DNA from: Thalia democratica
Lineage: Eukaryota
NCBI GenBank assembly: GCA_965202585.1
Contig: OZ241832.1
Location: 52,576,001 to 52,640,000 of the forward strand
DNA: 64,000 bases
Direction of reading: 5' to 3'
The notes beneath the pieces are model-generated. The model was given only the letters and a program-made list of their open reading frames with translations, was not told where the DNA came from and searched no databases. Positions 1 to 10,444 of this stretch are shown piece by piece; within the stretch, counting starts at the first letter, position 1, and every line of letters starts with the position of its first letter. A program made the translations under genes and the position numbers.

Positions 1-799
1 TTTTATTATCTTTTTTTCACTACCTTTAAATTTTAAATCTTTACTTCTCTAATTAATGCAAATTAACATTTAAAATAAAAAAGATTGTAAGAATAGTTTT
101 AAATAAATAAGAAGATACCATGTAAATATTTACATAATTTCTATTTTATTGCAACTTGTATTAACTCTTTTCTTCATTGTGTTCTTCCAAATTCTTGACA
201 TAAGATTGTTTACAAAACTTAGAATTATTGTATCTTGAATAGTCTTATTTCCTAGTTGTAATTTAGCGTTTTATTTAGCAAACATGAAAGCCCAATAGAA
301 TTTTTTTTTTTTAATCAGATTAATTTTTTAAGAAGTAGTAGATTTTAAACACTAAAATCTAACTTTCTATGTATCCATTTTTTTTTATTGTTTAAAAAAA
401 TATCTTAACCAATGAGTATAAAAATTTTCTTAGTTAAATGTTTTTTAACAGTAATAAATTTGTTTTAATTGATAAAGTTTTACAACTTAAGATTTTAAGG
501 TTGCTTTGTAGGGGTTTATAATTCTAAATAATTCTTTGGTGAAAGTATTTGAAATTCTTTTTAAGACTAAGAAGACTTTTGTGAAAAAAAATCAAAATAT
601 AATATTTAGTATATTAAAATAAAAATACCGTACATATTATAACTAAGTAGAATTCCTATACTTCAGGTAAGTTTTAAGACTTTGAATTTTTTTAGGTATT
701 CAAGTCTGATTAATAGTGAAAAAAACTGATAAAATAGAAGTAGATGTGAAAAAAATTTCAAAATATAGATTGAGTCAGAAAATGAACTTTTGTAATTTA

Positions 800-1210
800 C
801 AGGGTTGCCACTGGTTTTTGACAAGTTTCTTCCAAAATTTTAAAAGTACACGTTTTTGGCTTTATTTTTAGTTGAAAATTAAATTTAAGGTTAAAAACTG
901 GGTTAGGTAGTATAACAACATTTAAAAGATACTGTAAGGATACTTGAAATTTGTTTTAAATAAATAATAATTTTTATTGATGACAAAAATATTTTATCTA
1001 TATAGAAGATTTTTTTTTTCAAATAAAAATTTTACTACTTACCATATAAAACTTTTAAAATTCCAGCTTTTTCCAGTTTTTTTTTTTTATTTCTCAATTT
1101 TTATGTTTTTCCAGGTTTTTTTTTTCAAAATTTTTCAATTTTTATGTTTTTCCAGGTATTTTTAGCCTAAATTGTCAAACTCCAGGATTCAAGGTTTTGT
1201 GGCAACCCTG
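800..1210. mobile_element. Non-autonomous TIR element (MITE) with 12-bp TIR CAGGGTTGCCAC
   Basis: CAGGGTTGCCAC at 800-811 and its exact inverse GTGGCAACCCTG at 1199-1210. The internal sequence recurs near 32007-32200. No clear TSD, so the superfamily (hAT-like?) is uncertain. Confidence 0.7.
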
Positions 1211-2526
1211 AATGGGTTACAATTTTAATATTTCAAGGCAAATAATTTAGCAATAAGCAATATTTAATGGTTTTTAGAACCGTATAAATGTTTTTGTTTT
1301 GTATTAAGGTAAATCATTAATTGCATTCTAAATATAGAATCAGGTTAATTCTTAAAGAAGTACTAAATTTTGAACAAAAACTAATTTACTGTAAATCCAT
1401 TTTACTGAGTATAAAAAATATTTCTTATGAAAACACTAATACCTTTGTAAGTTATAAAAATTTTCACTAATATTTTCCAACAGTCATAAATTGTTTTTAT
1501 TGATTTCCTAATATAATAAGCTTAATTTTTACAACCTATAGTTTTATGATTCTTTGTAGGGGTGATTATTTTATATTATAATTTTGAGCACAGACTTTAA
1601 TTTATTTTTAAAGTTAAGTAAAACGGACTTTTATGAAAAAAACACGAAATAACAATTAGTATACATAAAAAAGTCAAGTACCATACTTCTAAATTCTGAG
1701 TAAAATTTACTAAATTAAAAAAAATCTCAATTTAGGTTTTATAAAAGTAATTGTATAATTTCATAAATACTTGGTTTATTAAAGTTTTTTTTTCATATCT
1801 TTGATATCAGGGTTGCCACCTCCTTGAACTAGTTTGAATTTTTTTCCTATACTTCAGGCTAAATTTTAAGACTTTTGAAATATTTTTTTAGATACATACT
1901 TTTAGATATAATGTTAGGTTTTCAAGCTTGATTAATAAAGTTATTTAAATTTTAAACTCTTGGTATGTATTTTTTTTACATACTTGAGATGATTCAGGCT
2001 AATTTCATGGAAACTTTTTGGTCATCCTGGCTTTTGCTTCAATAACTCAAGAGGTAAAACTATTTGATTTTAACAAGGTTTCCACAGAAATAATGAAAAA
2101 ATACAAAAAAAAAAAAAATATTTTTTGCTTGGTGACATGTCAGTTATAAATAGTAGATACAAAGTAAACAGTAGTAACAAAAAAAAATTGAGTTTAACAA
2201 ATAAAAAGAGTTAAATAGAGAGTCTGGTTTAAAAATAGTTTTATATACTTTTTTCAATATTTAGTGTTTTGCCACAATTTATTTTATTAATTTTAAAATA
2301 ATCATGTTCTAAAAGATTCTACCAAAATTGTAGATAACTCAGTATAAATTTCTACAGTTAGTAGATATGAATTAATGAACACCAAATTTTTCAAATTAAA
2401 ATAACGCCCACTACACTATTAATACAAAAGAAAAGTATAAAAAAAGCTGATAACTATTCAAAAATATTAACTGAGAAAATGAAACAAAATGATATATTAC
2501 TCCACCATATAACATCAGAACTATGT

Positions 2527-2603
2527 GGAATTGATTGTTTTGTAAATTAAAGGCATTAAATTAATGGAGTTGATTGTTTTGTAAATTGAATGCATTAAAT
2601 TAA
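2527..2603. repeat. Tandem duplication of a ~39-bp unit
   Basis: GGA(A/G)TTGATTGTTTTGTAAATT(A/G)AA(G/T)GCATTAAATTAA occurs twice in tandem. Confidence 0.8.
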
Positions 2604-2629
2604 AATAGTTGTAGCTAACAAAGCTAACA

Positions 2630-2973
2630 AGAGCCACACACTCTTGGTACTTAGGACACTCAGGATAACTCGGAAAATTTGTAAAATCTAAGGATGACTC
2701 AGGATTTTTTTTTTATTCAGATTGATTTGGGATAGTTTTGGTTTTTTAAAATAAAACTTGAGATATTTTTAAGAAAAAAAAACTTAGGATATTTTTTTCT
2801 ATATTTTGAATATTTAGTTAAAATATTAAAATTTTTACAACCAATTTTGCTAAAAGTGTTTATTTTTATTGGTTTAAAAAAAATCTTTTTTTGAAAGTTA
2901 GATGATACAAAACAGTTTTTGGTTATCTAAGACAGTTTTTTTTTTGACTAAAAGAGTGGCAACTGGTAACCCT
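2630..2973 (-). mobile_element. Degenerate copy of the CAGGGTTGCCAC MITE family (CCTGAG-rich subfamily)
   Basis: 2941-2973 is the reverse complement of the left end at 33607 (GGGTTGCCACTCTTT..GTCAAAAAA). GCCACACACTC near 2634 matches the inverse of the right end at 33920. Confidence 0.55.
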
Positions 2974-3265
2974 TAAATGTAACAGCTATAAAAATTTAAT
3001 CCTTTATTGTATTTATGTGCAATTAAATAAAACTAATTAAAAGTATTTAAAATAACTTAAATATATTTATAAATACTAACTACAGAAATAAAATACAATA
3101 TCATAATAATTCATCATGAATTAAATTATAACTATCTTGAAGTTAGACTGTATTGTAGCAAAAGGAATTAATTTAAATCAAGAGAGCTATAAGTAACAGC
3201 AATAAAAGTTTGAGCTCTTTTTTTTTTTTGCTATCAACGTAATATTGAATTTTTACTATTCACAG

Positions 3266-3330
3266 GTATCTCACAAACATAGAGAAGTTACTTCTAGTTT
3301 CATGAAATAATATATAAAGGGTTTTAGATA
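3266..3330 (+). other. Putative non-coding 5'-UTR exon of the RING gene
   Basis: Acceptor TTTTACTATTCACAG|3266 and donor ATA|GTAAGT at 3331. Stops occur in all three frames. A matching acceptor (CTTTCACAG|4030) lies 26 nt before the ATG at 4056. Confidence 0.4.
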
Positions 3331-4055
3331 GTAAGTTCACTTATTTCACCTGCTGTAATATTTTCAAAAATTTACTAACTGCAATGAAACTGCTGCATTT
3401 TATTTGCACATGTGGAGTTAGTAAACATAATAAGCTGAAGACTGTTGTGCAGCTAAGCATGTTAATAGACTATTTTTTTATTTACAGTTTTTATTACAAT
3501 ATAGAGTTGGTATTGAGATCTTGCTTGAAGTTATAAATAGTCCTATTATCTATAACTGTATGTCTATGGTTTAAATATAAGAGTTATTGCATAAAACATA
3601 TTAAAAAAAATTTTTTTCGAGTTCTTTATTTTATAATTCTCATTAGTTAAAGTTTTAAAGTGATTTATAAATCTAACCTATGTTTTGAAACAATGTTTTT
3701 ATAATAGTATTCTGTGGTTCTTTTTTGTAATAAATACATTGCCCAGATTGTACTGTCTGATTCATATAAAGTAGACTGAAATAGCACCTAGTTTTATAAT
3801 ATACTAATTAAATAAGTTAGTGTTTAATTATGAATGGATCAAATATGTAATCCACGACCTTTGTGAGGTTTTAATGGCGTTATGGGTAGGATGCATCCTA
3901 TATTGAACCTAAAGAAGGGAACACAACCTCAGTTAAGATTATTTTGCTACTACAGTCAAAATTTTAACTCTTATAATTCTCATTATACCTATATTTTTTA
4001 GTACTCTCTCATAACTAAATCTTTCACAGAAAAAACATATAACTAAACACAAAGC

Positions 4056-5357
4056 ATGGGATTGTACTCAACATTGTTCGGTGAAAACTTTCACATCCTC
4101 CCCCAAGCGGAACAGTTGGAGTTCAGCAGTGTGAAGAAATCGTTCCGAGGCGTTTTGAAGTCGTACGCCCAGTACCTCTTACGCATCTCCCACTCCGTCA
4201 ACGCCAAGTACTCGCGGGAAGTGGACGAGCTGAGGGAAAAGTACGAGTGCGTGAGGAGGGAAATGATCGAGTTCATCATGGAGCACGAGCCGTACCTGAA
4301 GGTCCACTCGGTCAAGGTGAAGTTCAGCGAGAAGTTGATTTTCCACGTGACCGGCCTGAGCTACTCTGATTCGCTGAGGGACTTCATGCGGCTGAGCGAA
4401 GTGACGAGCTTCGTCAAGAAGGTGAGCATCGGCGAGACGAACTTCAAACTGCTGTGCGCCATTCACCCGGTCGAGGATGAAATCCTCAAAAGAGTCAAGT
4501 CCGGCTTCGGCAAGGTGACCAACGAAAAGATGGAAAAGTTTTTGGAAACCGACTGCCTCGTCGACCTGGAAGGCTTCGAGACCGACTGCGCCACTTACGA
4601 AGAACTGCGAGCCTCGATCGACGCAAGGGCGGAGGCACAGCGCGAGGAGCAAGAAACGATGAAGAAGGTGAAGAAGCTGGCGTTCAAGTTCACCGGGCAG
4701 ATAAGAGGTCACGTGGGAGCGAAGGAGTGCGCGGCGTGCGAGGAAAAGTACAGGAAGGAGACGGAGGTCTGCCGGCTGCCTTGCAAGCACCACTTCTGCT
4801 GCAGGGACTGCTGCGAGAAGATGTTTTTCGAGGACGAGGATTTCCACTGCCCGGTGTGTCGCAAGGAGGAAGCCTCAAAAGGTGACAAAACTTCAGTTGA
4901 GGAGAAACATTCAGCATCAGATGAAAGCAAAACACCTTCGGCTGGTAAGAAAACTGCGTCGTCGGACGAAGGCAAAGCTCCAGCAGATGAAAAAACTTCA
5001 TGCTCTGCAGATGACAAAATAAAATCAAGAGTAAATAAGAGAAGGAATAAAAAGAAAACTTCATCACCGGCAGAAGTCCAAAATCCATCAGAAGGTGACA
5101 AAACTTTATCAAAAGGAGACAAAGATCAATCAAAAGTTGGAAAAAAACCATCTATAGAGGACAAAACTCCACCAAAAGATGGCAAACCTTCTCAATCAAA
5201 TGATAAAAGTCTACCAGCAGCTGATGTTAAGGCTTCATCATTAGATGACAAAACTCAATCTTCAGATGTCAAAGCTCCATCAGCAGTTATCAATGCCTGT
5301 GCCATAATGTATGACGCAACCTGTAATGCCTTATCACAGTTTAAAGAGGCGTGCTGA
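4056..5357 (+). CDS. Intronless-CDS RING-finger protein (C3HC4-type, putative E3 ubiquitin ligase) with a low-complexity S/D/K tail; the frame continues to 5549 after the TGA
   Basis: 433-aa ORF with CAAC-x14-CKH-x3-CxxC-x12-CPVC, strong GC3 bias in the 5' half, an upstream acceptor at 4029 and AATAAA at 5590. Confidence 0.75.
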   Translation: MGLYSTLFGENFHILPQAEQLEFSSVKKSFRGVLKSYAQYLLRISHSVNAKYSREVDELREKYECVRREMIEFIMEHEPYLKVHSVKVKFSEKLIFHVTGLSYSDSLRDFMRLSEVTSFVKKVSIGETNFKLLCAIHPVEDEILKRVKSGFGKVTNEKMEKFLETDCLVDLEGFETDCATYEELRASIDARAEAQREEQETMKKVKKLAFKFTGQIRGHVGAKECAACEEKYRKETEVCRLPCKHHFCCRDCCEKMFFEDEDFHCPVCRKEEASKGDKTSVEEKHSASDESKTPSAGKKTASSDEGKAPADEKTSCSADDKIKSRVNKRRNKKKTSSPAEVQNPSEGDKTLSKGDKDQSKVGKKPSIEDKTPPKDGKPSQSNDKSLPAADVKASSLDDKTQSSDVKAPSAVINACAIMYDATCNALSQFKEAC

Positions 5358-6018
5358 AGGCTGACAATTTTTTACGAATCGCTGCTGGGCATCACAAAGC
5401 CAATAACGGACGATATTTACCAACCAAGTTACGCGGATTACACGGTTGATGAAATTTTAGACGATCTGGGTGTTTCATCGCAAACGGAAAACAAGAAAAA
5501 AAACAAGAAGAAAAAGAAAAATAACAACAAAAGAAAGAATCGTAGGTAGGCGATTCTACTTGAACATTTTGGTGTTCTTAGGCGTTTAGAATAAATTCGA
5601 ATTAAAATATTGTGTGAATGTTGTATACCTACATTCTTTTATGTATAAACACTTTGTAGCGCTGTTTTTGAGGTAAAAATGAATTGTTATTCGGTATTTT
5701 TTTTATTGGGTGAGCAAAACTAACTTGTTTGTCTCTTTAAAATTAACTTTTTGGTAAAGCAAAAAAATATTGACTTCGAATAAAAGTTTTAAATAAAGTT
5801 AAATGCTTTTCATTTATAGCTTCTATAGCTTACATTAATGTTCTTTATTTACTTTTTCTGTTGCAACTTTTATGTTTTCAATTATAATACTATTTTATTT
5901 AAAAACTTAATTTGACAGTGCATTTTTTGATTTCATTTAGTTAAATTAAATTGCAGTAGAATAATAAATTTAAATTTTAGGTAAATAAATTGCAGTGCCC
6001 ATAATACCTTTTGGTTAA

Positions 6019-6707
6019 GGGCATATAGGGTCCACTTTGTTTTTTTACAAATTGAACTTATATTGTAGAACTATTTAAATTAAGTTAATTTAATAAAGTT
6101 TTGTACCTAGGCTATTAAATATTTTTAACCGTTTAACAAAACTGAAGGTAACCTTTGAGATATAAGCGATTTAAGTCATTGATCTTAACAGGTTCCTTAA
6201 CAGAAGGAACAAACTAAAAGCTCATAAAGAGGTTGTACCACTAAAAACTTATCCTCTACTTCGTTTTTTAACCATGTTTTTTATACAAGTTTTCAAAGTA
6301 AGCCCATTACTAATATTTAAACCTTTTAAACTTTCAAATTTTAAGATAGAACAATTTTATTAAAAAGAACCACCTACTTTTTTCTGTTTCTTCTAAATCT
6401 TTATTTATCAATACTGAAAAAAATAACATTTATAGTCTTATTAGGGAAAGCTTTTTTAAAATTTATATACCTAGCTCAAAAAATAAGGAGAAAATTTTTT
6501 AGTGAGTTATTAAATTTCCGAGAAAATTGACATAGAAAATCTCGGCCAATATGTTTGTATCAGAAACTTTTTACAAATTTTCTATATATGAAAAGAAAAT
6601 TTCAATTTTTATACTCTATTAAAGCTGACTAATAGTTCATAAATTAAGCTTTAAAATAAGCAAAAATGTTGGAATTTACAAATTAAAATTTCTACCTCCT
6701 TATGCCC
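6019..6707. mobile_element. TTAA-flanked non-autonomous DNA transposon (Kolobok-like termini GG..CC)
   Basis: TTAA|GGGCATA at 6015-6025 and TATGCCC|TTAA at 6701-6711. Internal motif ACTAAAA.TTTATC.TCTACTTC is shared with the copy at 16451. Confidence 0.6.
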
Positions 6708-7561
6708 TTAACTAAAAATCAATGAGAAGAAATAAACTCACATTTTTAAGGAACAAAATAATACATAACTTTTCAGAAACTATCAAAAAAAATATTTTTT
6801 AAAACACTTCTTTTTCAAATTTTACGGAAACTATAAAAAAACAATGGGTTTTACATGGCAAATTAGTAAGTATCTATTAGAAGCTCGATACTTAACCGCA
6901 CTATTTAAAATTTACTCAAAAGAAATACATGTTGTATCAAAAAGTAACAAAAAAAAAATGTTTTGTCGGAATAAAATTTTAAAGTACATACTCACAGTTA
7001 TTAAAATTACTTATTAAAGTTAAGAGCATTAGGGAATAAGGAGCTTTTTTATATCGTGATCTCATGTAATGATCTTTAATTTAGCTAACAATGAGAGAAA
7101 TCAATAGATTCTTTATGGAGGGGAAAACTTAGGGAGGAGAAGAAAAACTATTTCATTAAATTAGTATCTTCTCTTACAGTTTCAAACATTTTTTCTCTAA
7201 GTTTCTTGGTATAAGATCTTAACTAAACTTTAAGTAATTGCATTGTAGGGCTTTTTAAATCAATATTTATATTTTATAAAAAAAACTTTTTATTTGATCA
7301 ATAAGTGCTAAATTTTTCTTTTTTATTTAATTGTTTCAGTAGAATTCTTTCATATAATGCAAGACACATTTTCTAAAATTTTGAGTTCAATAGTTTAAGA
7401 AATAAAGAAAAAAAAAATATATTTTTGTAAAATTTTAATTTTCCCTCGAAAATTAATTTTAAAAAATTACGTTTCATATGGCTGTATAGATTTTCTTATT
7501 TCAAAAATCTAATACATATATTAAAATTTTTATATAGAAATAGACATACAGTTTATACCTT

Positions 7562-7641
7562 AAACCTTCTTATTTAAACCTTCTTATTAAACCTTATTAT
7601 TTAAACCTTCTTATTAACCTTATTACTTAAACCTTCTTATT
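7562..7641. repeat. Minisatellite, six copies of 13-14-bp AAACCTT(C/A)TTATT(T)
   Basis: Directly visible tandem array. Confidence 0.85.
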
Positions 7642-8099
7642 ATTCCCGACCCCTTATGACCATCACGTACAAACAAAAACTTTAGCTTGTGCAACTATTT
7701 TTTTAGTAAACAAAATAAAAGCAGTTTCAAGATCAAATTTTTTTATATATATTTACAACTTATACCAATTTGCATGGCTTTTACATATAGTTAATAAGCT
7801 ATAAACCATGACTATTTATTATAACTTAATCAATAAATTGCGTGTATTATCGTTGTGCAAGCTGCGCTTAGTTTATTAACTTTTGAAATTTAACTTTTGC
7901 AGCTTAGCTTTTAGTACTATTGATACTTATATTAGCTCTAACTATATACTATAAACACACTCTATACGTAGTATGATATTTAGTGATCTCAGTTTGTATT
8001 CGGCACCCCAATTTAGACATGAATAAGCAAGGAAAACTCTTGTGCAAATGTGCATGTGGGCAAAAACTAGTATAGGGGGGCAACTATTTTTTAAGGTCC

Positions 8100-8140
8100 T
8101 GCCAAATGGGCGATTATGAAAACAAGTTTGGGAAACCCTG
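8100..8140. mobile_element. Isolated hAT-type terminal inverted repeat (right end)
   Basis: TTGGGAAACCCTG is the reverse complement of the CAGGGTTTCCCAA terminus at 17118. Partner end not found. Confidence 0.4.
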
Positions 8141-9029
8141 GACTAGAAAATGTCCCAGATAGATTATTTTCTTACATTTTGGAAGTAAAAAAAATAGTAT
8201 ACTGTACATGTTTCAAAATTATTTTTTCATGTTTTAATACAATTTAACGGGGTGCACGACAAATCAAACTCTTAAATTCCAAACTTCAAAATGTGTGTCA
8301 TTTTCCGTGCGACCATTTTCTTTGTAAGGTTTGCACGAAAACTATAGTTGATAAAAACTCGGGTTTCGAGTGCCCATTTGCAAGTACCCTTGCATTTTGT
8401 AGCGTTTAGAATAAACTAAAATTTAATAAAATTCAATTAATTTAAATCTTTTAGTTATAGTGTGAGTAGTAAATATTATAACCTTGGTTTAACTTTAAGT
8501 ACTCTAGTTTAACAAATTATTTTTTTAAATAATGTTCTATACAGAATCTGTGCATTCGCTTTTCAACTTTGGTTAGAATATATTCAGTGTTGTTAAAAAG
8601 CTCAAGGATGACTTTGCAAACATTTGAACATATAAAATTTGATGAACTGTGCATTCAACATATTTTTATTATAATTAAGATTTCATACGTGTTTTTATTT
8701 TTTGTATTTAAGTTTATTCTAGAGCATTTACTTTTTCATAATTAAGATAAACAACTATTTCAAAAGCTATGGTGACTACTTTTTCAAATCAATTCTTGGT
8801 TAAGTATTTGACAAATACTGAATTTAAGTAAAATAGGTCATAAGCATGTAAGTAACTTGTATAGCCATTAATTTACTAGTAAGTTTTATTTTTACTAATT
8901 CATTGCGCAGGTGTGAAAACAACTAAGACCATTTGGTTTAAGTACAGGTAAAGTACAATCAACAATACTAAATTTTACAAAACAAAATACCACTTTTCTC
9001 AGCATATAACCTATGCAACAACCAACTTA

Positions 9030-9892
9030 CAGGGTTACCACAGATCTAGCTGAGAAAAAATTCCTGACATTTCCTGACGTTTTATTTAAATTTTCTGAGT
9101 TTTCTAAATTAAACTATTAATTTAAACTTATTCTAAAATACATAATCAAACACTTGAAACTATATAAATCTTTCAATCTTATATTTCCTTTTATCAATTA
9201 GTATAAAATTTGTAACAAAAAAATTTACTCTTATTTATTTTAAAAATTACAGTTATTCTACAAAAGATTACTAATAAGTAAACTTGACCATGGCATATCC
9301 CTCTCTTGTAACTTATTTTTCAACAACTTTAAAAAATTATAAAGAGGTAAAGTATACTTATAAACTTGTAATATAAAATACTAAACTTAGAGGTTAATTA
9401 TAAAGAACTTAGTTTTTTTACTTAAACAAAAAATACTTTGATTCTAAAATTCTGCAAGATAAACTTTTGTGTATACATCACAGTTTCGTTATAGTTGTGT
9501 CCTTGCCACAGATCATCAATACTAAAAAGCATACAAAAACTGCTTGTTCAAGTAGGGTATCTGTCTCATATTTTAATAGAAAAACTTTGCAGTTTTATAA
9601 ATGATATTTTACTAATTTTTACCAGATGAAGGCATTGGTGGAAGATGAGTAATTTTGTAAATTTCTAGGAAAATTTCGCAATTTTAGTCTGACTTAAAGA
9701 AAATTTTTAATCAATTTTTAACCATTTGAAGGCTTTGGAAAATAAAAAAAATTGAAAATCTAAACATTTAAAATATGAAGTTTTTTCAAGTTTTGTCCTA
9801 ACATTTTTTCAAAAAACCCTCATTTTTTCTGACTTTTTTCTTTTTTTTTAGTTTTTCTTGACTTTTCCTGATTTTCCTGACCTTGTGGCAGC
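9030..9892. mobile_element. Degenerate CAGGGTT(G/A)CCAC-family TIR element
   Basis: CAGGGTTACCAC at 9030, degenerate GTGGCAGC end at 9885-9892, and subterminal TTTCCTGAC repeats at both ends. Confidence 0.5.
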
Positions 9893-10078
9893 ATAATTTA
9901 TTGCTACCAAGTAATTGACATTATTCTTTTAAGTATGTATGTATATATATTTTTTCAAAATAACTTTGTTATAACAGAACAAACAACCGAGCTTATTTAT
10001 ACTAATTAAGCTTTAATAAGTAACTGACCGAAATTTTTCGTATAAGTTTATACATTTTTTTTTAACTTTCAAGGACAA

Positions 10079-10355
10079 ACCAATCGACCTAATTTTTTCA
10101 TATCAACATTTGTTGGCATTTATTGAAAAAAAGTAATTAAGTACGCATAATTCTCAAAATATTTTACATTTCAACAACAAACCTAATTTGTTCATATCAA
10201 AATTTGTTGTCATTTATTGAACAGTATTCATATAAATACATATATTTCTCAAAATTTCTTATACTTTCTACATAACGCAACAACCAACCTAACTTGTTCA
10301 TACCAACATGTAAGTACATATATTTTAACAACCAACCTAACTTGTTCATACCAAC
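10079..10355 (-). repeat. Degenerate tandem array containing four copies of the DECR2 exon-7/intron junction
   Basis: CAACCAACCTAACTTGTTCATACCAAC is exact at 10329-10355 and 10281-10307, with degenerate copies at about 10173-10200 and 10079-10107. Confidence 0.8.
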
Positions 10356-10444
10356 GGTGCCACCAATTGGACCCGGTGCCACCCCGTTGACTCGCACGTG
10401 TTTGCTGCCGCCCCACTCAACAGCCATGTGCTTCGTCATTCCGT
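10337..10444 (-). CDS. DECR2: DECR2 coding exon 7 (108 bp)
   Basis: TTTCAG| (D)[36 protein letters not shown]|GTTGGT. Confidence 0.9.

Noticed and set aside
125-252. Minus-strand AG|GNKTIQD... as the DECR2 terminal exon
   Set aside because: Only GNKT matches. The rest lacks LxS, ASY.TG and DGG, so it is treated as a coincidence.
977-1165. Short F/K/I-rich ORFs in AT-rich DNA (977, 11105, 15886, 18430, 34177, 43957, 43970, 59508, 60750, 63016)
   Set aside because: Low-complexity translations of repeats or introns, or antisense to real exons. No recognisable protein signal.
4091-5151. Minus-strand ORFs overlapping the RING gene
   Set aside because: Shadow ORFs expected from a GC3-rich coding strand.
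5355-5800. Selenoprotein (Cys-Sec) interpretation of TGC TGA
   Set aside because: No RUGA...AA...GA SECIS-like arrangement seen by eye downstream. Kept only as a minor alternative.
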